Below the pieces are notes generated by a model. That model ran no database searches, was not told where the DNA came from, and was given only the letters and a program-made list of their open reading frames with translations. DNA of 64,000 nucleotides from an uncultured Gemmatimonadales bacterium (GTDB lineage: Bacteria; Gemmatimonadota; Gemmatimonadetes; Gemmatimonadales; GWC2-71-9), in NCBI GenBank assembly GCA_963821525.1, contig CAWGED010000005.1, forward strand, positions 160,001-224,000, given 5' to 3'. Below are positions 56,457 to 64,000 of this stretch, one piece after another (the stretch's first letter is position 1; each line of letters opens with the position of its first letter). The position numbers and the translations under genes were made by a program.

Positions 56457-57557
56457 TACGACAACACCCGTCGCTGCAGCCTCCCTTCCGGATGCTGGGC
56501 TGCTTCGGTCGCGAAGGGGAGATCACACGCGGCGCCGCCGGCACCGACCAGGACGCCGAAGACGTCCGCGGCCTCCACGTCGGGCACCTGTTGCAGCGCC
56601 AACGACAATCCGCGGCCGAGGCAGGCGAGATCCGCGTTCGCGGCACTCCAGCGCGAATCGGTTCCATCGGGACGCCGGGCTACGAGCAATGGCACCGGAC
56701 TCGGATCCGAAGGGAGCCCATCGAGCACCGGGATGTCGAGCGCAGTGGAGAGTCGCCGCCAGCCTTCCCAATTGTCGGTCGAGATCAAGCAGGTGAAGCG
56801 CCATCCCTGTTCTCGAGTGAGTTGGGCGAAGGCGTCCAGCAACTGGCCTTCGGTCGGTGGCGCGACACTGGAGGTGGATGTGAGCGGCACCGCGCCCGTC
56901 TCCGCGAACCAGCGGCGGGGAAGAGGGATGTTGTCGGGACGCTGGCCGGGGAACGCGGCGTAGCGGCGGGTCACCCTGACCTGGCGCTCCGCCTCGGCGC
57001 GTTGTTCGGGGAACTCTGCCGCCTCGGCGGCGCCCTCGAAAGAAACCTCGGCGGCGAGGTACCGTCCCGCCTGCCGAAGGACCTTCCCTCTGAGGTGAAG
57101 AGTTCCGCTATGGGGCTCCAGTGCGAAGGCACGGTCCAGTGCCATGAGGGCCCGGGAATACTCGCCCAGCCGGTACGCTGCGTACCCTGCCTCATGCCAT
57201 ACGATGCCCAGATTGGGATCCCGTGGCAGCTGCCTCTTCCAGCGCGGCGAGCCCGTCGCGATAGCGTCCCAGCTCCACCAGCGCCGCACCCCGGAGCGCC
57301 GGGCCGAGCGCATCGTCGCCAAAGCGGCTCATCGCCTTCTCGCTCAAATCCAGCGCGTCTTCGAAGCGGCGGTGGTGTCGCAGCAACCCGAAGTACTCGA
57401 GCCAGGCCGCGCGCAGGTCGGGTTCCTGTTCCAATACGGTGCGGTAGGCGAGGTCGGCGTCGTGGGCCCGGCCCTCGTGCAGCAATCTCCGGGGACGGGA
57501 GAGAATGCGGTCGGAGTGCTCACCGCTGAAGACCCGGTACTGGCCAGTCGAGAACAT
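56456..57557 (-). CDS. TPR-repeat protein (frameshift ~57230)
   Basis: Consecutive TPR-like helices, then an alpha/beta C-terminal domain. Confidence 0.75.
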
Positions 57558-57648
57558 GAGCGCGAATGTATCCGGCCCGCGACCGAGCGCTAGAGGTCAA
57601 TCGTCCCTCACTTTTCCCCCGTCCGATGACTCAGTAGTTTCCTCTCCC

Positions 57649-59016
57649 ATGCCAAACCATACCCTTGCCCGCTCGCACGATCTCCTGCTCGGCGAACTGA
57701 CCGAGTTCCTGTCCATCCCCAGCATCAGCGCGCTCCCCAACCACGCCCCCGACTGTCGTAAGGCCGCTGAGTGGCTACTCGCTGATCTTCGGCGGCTGGG
57801 CTGCCCGGTCGCGACCCTCATCGAGGGAGACGGGCAGCCCGTGGTCTGGGCCGAAAGCCCGCCGGTCCCCGGCGCCCCGACGCTGCTGATCTACGGCCAC
57901 TACGATGTCCAGCCGGTCGATCCTCTCGACGAATGGGTCACACCGCCATTCACGCCGACGGTTCGGGACGGCAAGCTGTACGCCCGCGGTTCCGCCGACG
58001 ACAAAGGCCAGGTCTTCTGTCTTCTCAGGGCGTATGAGGCGCTCTGCGATACCACTGGCCACCCGCCCCTCAACGTCCATTTCATCTTCGAGGGCGAGGA
58101 GGAGAGTGGGGGCCACGTCATCTACGACCTGCTCAAGCGGGAACCCGAGCGGACCAAGGCCGATGTCGTCCTGGTGTGTGACATGTCCTACTACGCCAGC
58201 GGGTATCCCGCGGTGTACACGGCGCTGCGCGGCATGTGCTACGCCGAGATATCGGTGCGCACTCTGCGGCGGGACCTCCACTCGGGAACTTATGGCGGTG
58301 TCGCGCCCAACGCGGTCGAGACGCTGGTGCATCTGCTCCATGATTTGAAGAGCGAAGACGGGCGGATCCACATCCCCAAGCTCTACAAATCGGTGAAGCC
58401 GCCCTCAAAGCTGGAGCTGAGAACCTGGAAGCGGCTCCCGTTCAAGAAGAAGCAGTTCCTTCAGGAGGAGGTGACCGGCAAGGGACTGACCGGCTTGAGG
58501 AAGTACTCGGTGTTCGAGCGCACCTGGGCGCTTCCCACCTTCGAAATTCACGGCATCAAGGGTGGATTCGTTGGCGATGGAGCAAAGACGGTGATTCCCG
58601 CTCAGGCGACCGCGAAGGTGAGTCTCCGGCTGGTCCCGGGGCTGAGCTTCGATGCGGTCCAGAAGTGGCTGACCCGTGCGGCGCAGCGCGCGGCTCCATC
58701 GTACGCCGAGGTCCAGGTCAAGATCCTGCACGGAGGGGATCCAGTTCAGGTGGACGTCAACCATCCGGCATTCGCGGCGCTCGACGAAGCGTTCAAGGAA
58801 GGCACCGGGCGAGAGGCGGTGCGGGTGCGGGCCGGCGGTTCGATTCCGATCGTGCCTCAACTGGGTGCCATGGGTGCGCCGGTCGTTCTCACCGGCATCG
58901 GGCTTCCCGATGACGGGCTGCACTCTCCCAATGAAAAACTGGATCTGCAGCAGCTGTGGGACGGGATCGGAATCTTTGCGAGCTTCATGGAGAAGCTGGC
59001 GCAACGCGGGACGTAA
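57649..59016 (+). CDS. M20 family dipeptidase
   Basis: YGHYDVQP, ARGSADDKG, EGEEE, GGSIP, HSPNE. Confidence 0.94.
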   Translation: MPNHTLARSHDLLLGELTEFLSIPSISALPNHAPDCRKAAEWLLADLRRLGCPVATLIEGDGQPVVWAESPPVPGAPTLLIYGHYDVQPVDPLDEWVTPPFTPTVRDGKLYARGSADDKGQVFCLLRAYEALCDTTGHPPLNVHFIFEGEEESGGHVIYDLLKREPERTKADVVLVCDMSYYASGYPAVYTALRGMCYAEISVRTLRRDLHSGTYGGVAPNAVETLVHLLHDLKSEDGRIHIPKLYKSVKPPSKLELRTWKRLPFKKKQFLQEEVTGKGLTGLRKYSVFERTWALPTFEIHGIKGGFVGDGAKTVIPAQATAKVSLRLVPGLSFDAVQKWLTRAAQRAAPSYAEVQVKILHGGDPVQVDVNHPAFAALDEAFKEGTGREAVRVRAGGSIPIVPQLGAMGAPVVLTGIGLPDDGLHSPNEKLDLQQLWDGIGIFASFMEKLAQRGT

Positions 59017-59165
59017 GAAGTAAGAAGTAGGACGTGAGTAGTACGCGACTGCGGACGTGATACGTGGACTAGGCAAAAGCAAGCCTCCGCGCAGTCGAGG
59101 CGGAGGCTTCTGTTTTGTCTCACGTCTCTCACTTCTCACTTCTTACTCCTTACTCCTACTCTTAC
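59014..59165. repeat. Heptamer (GTAAGAA/TTCTCAC) stutter inverted repeat around a terminator
   Basis: Arms overlap both convergent stop codons; central AAGCCTCCGC...GCGGAGGCTT. Confidence 0.75.
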
Positions 59166-59716
59166 TGCTCGTCCTCCTCCTGCACCACCCTCTTTCCTCC
59201 GGCGTACTGCGCCTCGGTCCGGGCATGCAGCTCGTCTACTCCGACAACCGCACGCACCGACGCCACGATTCCGGCCACGACGTCTTCCGACCAGTAGGGA
59301 TCAGGCCGCTCTGAGGCAGGCAGGCCGGCCGCACACGATTCGAGAAACTGAATCGCCGTCGTGATCCACTCCGACTGGGCGCTCGGCACCAGGGCCCAGG
59401 ATCCCGTCGCTTTCAGCTCCAACTCGGTGAGTCCCGCGAGTTCCTTCTCGACTCCCGAGGTTACGGCGCTGGAGGAAAGGCGCTTGGCCACGAGAGAGAG
59501 CACGGTGCGACGCTCCGTTTCCTGCGGCTCGGGCAACGGTGCCAAATAGTGTCGTTGATCCGCCACCATCTCGCCCAGCCGGATGCATACCGCGCGCACC
59601 GCTGGTTGCAACGCAGGCGGAGCCTCCCGGGCCCAGCCTGCTGCAGCCTTCAGAATATCGTTCACCCGCTGGTCCGCCTGCGACTCCGGACTCGGCCGGT
59701 CTGTGCTTTCTGCCAT
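59162..59716 (-). CDS. Hypothetical protein
   Basis: Intact ORF downstream of the oxidoreductase gene. Confidence 0.65.
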   Translation of the reverse strand: MAESTDRPSPESQADQRVNDILKAAAGWAREAPPALQPAVRAVCIRLGEMVADQRHYLAPLPEPQETERRTVLSLVAKRLSSSAVTSGVEKELAGLTELELKATGSWALVPSAQSEWITTAIQFLESCAAGLPASERPDPYWSEDVVAGIVASVRAVVGVDELHARTEAQYAGGKRVVQEEDEQ

Positions 59717-59761
59717 AGGACTCACAGAATCGCCCCAAGGCGCCCGAAAGGCAATGCCCCG

Positions 59762-60389
59762 TCACGATCTGGGGCCTCGCCGCATTCGCACCGGATCGGG
59801 TCGGCCGTATCGCTCTTCGGCCCAGGGCTCGCCGCGCTTGTGATAGCCGTTCTGCTCCCAGAATCCGGGGTAGTCTTCCTCGAGGAACTCGAACCCCGTC
59901 ACCCATTTGGCGCTCTTCCACAAGTAGAGGTGCGGAATCAGCAGCCGAACCGGACCGCCGTGTTCCGGATCCAGATCGCTTCCATTGTGAGTCAAGGCGA
60001 GGAGATTGGCCGGCCGATCGAGGTCGGAGAGGGGGAGATTCGTGGTGTACCCTTGTTCCGCATGCACGAGGACGAAGCGAGCCTCGGGCTTGACCTTCGC
60101 CCGCTGGATGATGGACTGGACCGGAATCCCGCCAAACACATTGTCGTAGCGGCTCCAGCGCGTCACGCAGTGAATGTCGCAGACAGTTTCCTGACGGGGC
60201 AGCCCCATGTAGCTCGTCCCAGGTGAGCTCGAAGGGCTGTTCCACCGCTCCCCAGACGCGGAAGCGCCAGGTGGCGAGGTCAACCTTGGGTACTGTCCCG
60301 TAGTGAAGGACGGGCCACTTCACCGTGACAATCTGTCCCGGTGGAAGCCGTTTCCCTTCCTGGTTGCGGACGTCAACGCGATCGGTCAT
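59762..60389 (-). CDS. Sulfite-oxidase-like molybdopterin oxidoreductase (frameshift ~60210)
   Basis: RLPPGQ...WPVLHYG, DIHCVTRWS, EHGGPVRL, KSAKW, GFWEQNGYH. Confidence 0.92.
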
Positions 60390-60493
60390 TGCGGGCTCCG
60401 ACTGAAGTAACCTGTGAACCAGTTCTTAACGCCGGCTGGCCTCGGTTGGTTCTCTCGATCGGAGGAACTATTGAAAGGCCGCTGTGGGCCGGC

Positions 60494-61223
60494 TCAGGCA
60501 GGAACGGCCGGAAGGAAGCGGGGCAGTGTCGCGGGGATCGCTTCTCGGCTCAGTATCTTCGCGACCTCCTGAATCACCGACTCCCGAGTCGCCTGCCACA
60601 AATCGGCACCGTGCAGCCTCGTGTCTCCATCAGCCGCATCGGCCCAGGCGCCTTCCCGTTCGACGGAGGTCATCTCCACTCCGGCGTATCCCGCAGGGAA
60701 TGATGAGATTGAAACCGGATTCCTCATCCAGGACATTCAACGCGAAGCCATGGGTTGTAACCCACTGCCGGACGTGAATGCCGATGCTCGCGATCTTCCG
60801 CCCTCCGGTCCAGACTCCGGTCAGCCCCGCTGTGCGCTCCGCGGTGATCCCCAATCTTTCGAGCGCTGAAATGAGGCCTGCCTCGAGCTGGCGCAGATAC
60901 CAGTGCAGGTCCTGGCGATGGTGGTGGAGATCGAGAATCGGATAGCCGACCAACTGCCCGGGGCCGTGGTAGGTCACATCGCCACCCCGCTCCACTTCCG
61001 CCACCTCCAGCCCCTTCGCAGCCAGTGCCGCCGGAGAGAAGGGAAGGCTGCTTTCGCGGGTGCCGCGACCGAGGGTCACGACGGGATCATGCTGCACCAG
61101 CAGCAAGATGTCATCGCTGATCTCGCCGGCGATACGGCGATCGGCAAGGTCCCGCTGCAACCGGTGAACCTCGTCGTAGCCCCGACGGCCGAGGTCGATC
61201 ACGTAGAGCGGAGGATTACTCAT
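60494..61223 (-). CDS. lipB: Octanoyltransferase (frameshift ~60690)
   Basis: HDPVVTLGR, RGGDVTYHGPGQLVGYP, KIASIG, HGFALN, IIPCG. Confidence 0.95.
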
Positions 61224-61642
61224 TGGGGGCGTGGCTGTCGGGCGCGACCAAGCCAGAGGCAGGCTAGAACCGCCGCGGCGGCCAGAGCGAGGAGACCCAT
61301 GCGCCCGAAGGCGCGGTCGAGCGGCATCGCGATGAGAGCGGCGACGAGCGACGCGAATCCGGCCACGAGCGAGAATGCCCCCCGCCGGTACAGCGATTCG
61401 ACCGGCCTCAGCAGCGACCAGGTCGCGGCACCGCCCGCGAGCACACCGGCCAAGGTTCCAATCAACAGGAGCATGGCCTGGGGACCGCCGGTCTCAGGCG
61501 AGGTCGTAGGGGGAGACTGCAGTTGCAGGGTGCGCACGAGCCACAGGACCATCGCGATGACTGCCGTGCCGAACAGCACCCCGAAGGGGAGAGCGCGGAG
61601 CACAAGGCCGAGCTGGTGCGCCTCCTCGTCTTCGTTCAGCAA
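61220..61642 (-). CDS. Membrane hypothetical protein
   Basis: Four hydrophobic helices; its stop overlaps the lipB start. Confidence 0.7.
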   Translation of the reverse strand: MLNEDEEAHQLGLVLRALPFGVLFGTAVIAMVLWLVRTLQLQSPPTTSPETGGPQAMLLLIGTLAGVLAGGAATWSLLRPVESLYRRGAFSLVAGFASLVAALIAMPLDRAFGRMGLLALAAAAVLACLWLGRARQPRPQ

Positions 61643-61657
61643 TTAGCCTTCCCGTTC

Positions 61658-61770
61658 GATTGAAGATTGAAGATTTCAGATTGAAGATTAAATGCGTTTC
61701 CGCTGGACCTTGGCGATGGCAGATTCGAAACTGAAACAATCTGCAATCTGAAATCTTCAATCTGAAATCC
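61658..61770. repeat. Heptamer (GATTGAA/TTCAATC) stutter inverted repeat
   Basis: GATTGAAGATTGAAGATTTCAGATTGAAG facing AATCTGCAATCTGAAATCTTCAATCTG; abuts the lpdA stop. Confidence 0.8.
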
Positions 61771-63166
61771 TCAGATGTGCAGCACCCGGCCCATCGAATC
61801 GAGCGCTGCCTCGGCGATCGCCTCGGAGAGTGTCGGGTGGGCATGGATCGCCAGATCCACTTCCTCGACGGTGTATTCGTTCTCCCGGGCCACGGCGAGT
61901 TCATGGATCATCTCTGATGCGTGAGACGCCACGATATGGGCTCCGAGGATCTCGCCGTACTTCTTATCGCGAATGATTTTTACGAAGCCTTCTGTCTCGT
62001 TCGACGCGCGGGCTCTTCCGTTGGCGCTGAAGGGGAACCGGCCTACCTGGTAGTCAAGCTTCTTTTCCTTGCACTGATCCTCGGTCAGCCCGATGCTGGC
62101 GACTTCCGGATGGCAATAGGTTACGCTGGGCACATTGTCGTAGCGGATCGGATGGGGCTTGTGGCCCGCGAGCAGCTCGGCCACGAACACCCCCTCACGG
62201 CTCCCCTTGTGGGCCAGCATGGGAGGCCCGGCCACGTCGCCGATGCAATAGACCCCGGGCGCGGTCGTCTCGAGAGTCGCAAGGTTGACCTTGACGAACC
62301 CCCGCTGGTCCAACTGCACTCCCGCTTCCTTGAATCCCATGTTTTCCGTGTTCACCGCGCGACCCGCGGCCATGAGCACCTTCTCCGCCTGCACCGTTTC
62401 GGTCTTGCCGCCCACTTCAACCGTCAGCGTCACCTTGTCCTTGCTCGACCTGGGCCTTGGTGACCTTGGCACCCGCGAACACATCCATCTTCCGCTTCCG
62501 GAAGCTTTTGCTGATCACATCCGATGATTCGGCGTCCTCCAGCGGAAGGATCCGAGGCAGCGCCTCGATGAGCGTGACCTTCGACCCGAAGGCGTTGAAG
62601 ATGTCGGCAAACTCGCAACCGACCGCTCCTGCTCCGATCACCGCGACCGAGGCCGGCAGTTTCTCCAGGAAGAGCGCCTCATCGGAGCTGATGACCGTCG
62701 TCTTGTTGATCTCGAGCCCGATCTGCGGAATGCCCTTCACTCGCGAGCCGGTCGCGATGATGACCGCCTTCTTGGCTTCGTGGGTCTCCCCGCCGACCTT
62801 CACTTTTTTCCCCGGAAGCAGGCTCCCCTCACCCTTCAACACCGTCACCTTGTGCTTCTTCATCAGGAACTCGACGCCCTTCGAGTTCTGCTCGGCGACT
62901 CGCCGCGACCGCTTCATCGCGACCCCGTAATCGGTCTTCACGCTGCCGACTTCGATGCCGAGGTCCTTCGCGTCGTGGGCGATGAGATTGGCCGTGTATG
63001 CGCTGTGAAGCAGCGCCTTGGTCGGGATACACCCGATATTGACGCACACCCCACCGAGTTTGTCTTTCTCCACGACGGCGGTGGCGAGCCCAAGCTGTGC
63101 GCACCGGATGGCGCAGACGTAGCCTGCAGGGCCACCGCCGAGGATGATCACATCAAACTGGGCCAC
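61771..63166 (-). CDS. lpdA: Dihydrolipoamide dehydrogenase (frameshift ~62450)
   Basis: GGGPAGY, GGVCVNIGCIPTK, GAGAVG, HAHPTLSE. Confidence 0.96.
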
Positions 63167-63188
63167 ACTACCTCCAGAGGTCGTTGTC

Positions 63189-64000
<812 letters not shown>

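Noticed and set aside
60495..60525. GGCCGGAAGGAAGCGG resembling SRP RNA domain IV
   Set aside because: Lacks the CAGG/AGCAG internal loop and long stem, and lies antisense within the lipB 3' end.

Overview
High-GC bacterial chromosomal window. It is most likely from Gemmatimonadota, inferred from the gene complement, several Ser/Thr kinase-TPR genes and the protein style. Single-base frameshifts are pervasive, even in essential genes (atpA/G/D, dnaE, lpdA), so it is probably an error-prone long-read or MAG assembly. The left third (1-23 kb) is accessory: phosphoribosyltransferase, L,D-transpeptidase, hydrolase, prpE, two Ser/Thr kinases, a phosphodiesterase, a PHM-like copper protein, an 872-aa coiled coil and a Cys/Trp-rich secreted protein. 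It is organised around tRNA-Arg(CCG) and tRNA-Pro(CGG), and each has a displaced copy of its 3' end bracketing a tiny integrase-free cassette. A six-tRNA cluster follows, then core genes: sigma-70 factor, mlaEFD, NUDIX, AraC, MscS, F1-only atpAGDC, OM barrels, waaA, CPBP protease, DsbA, TPM-NTase-lemA, M23, metG, ricT, accA, dnaE, hisIE, macro domain, M20, lipB, lpdA and pdhC. Top candidates for novelty: (1) an unannotated ~200-nt transcription unit at 38.0-38.25 kb with its own promoter and terminator, a 13-nt perfect complement of the 16S rRNA 3' tail, a long hairpin and a small ORF; (2) stacked integrase-less tRNA cassettes; (3) about a dozen intergenic 7-9-mer stutter inverted repeats wedged between stop and start codons.
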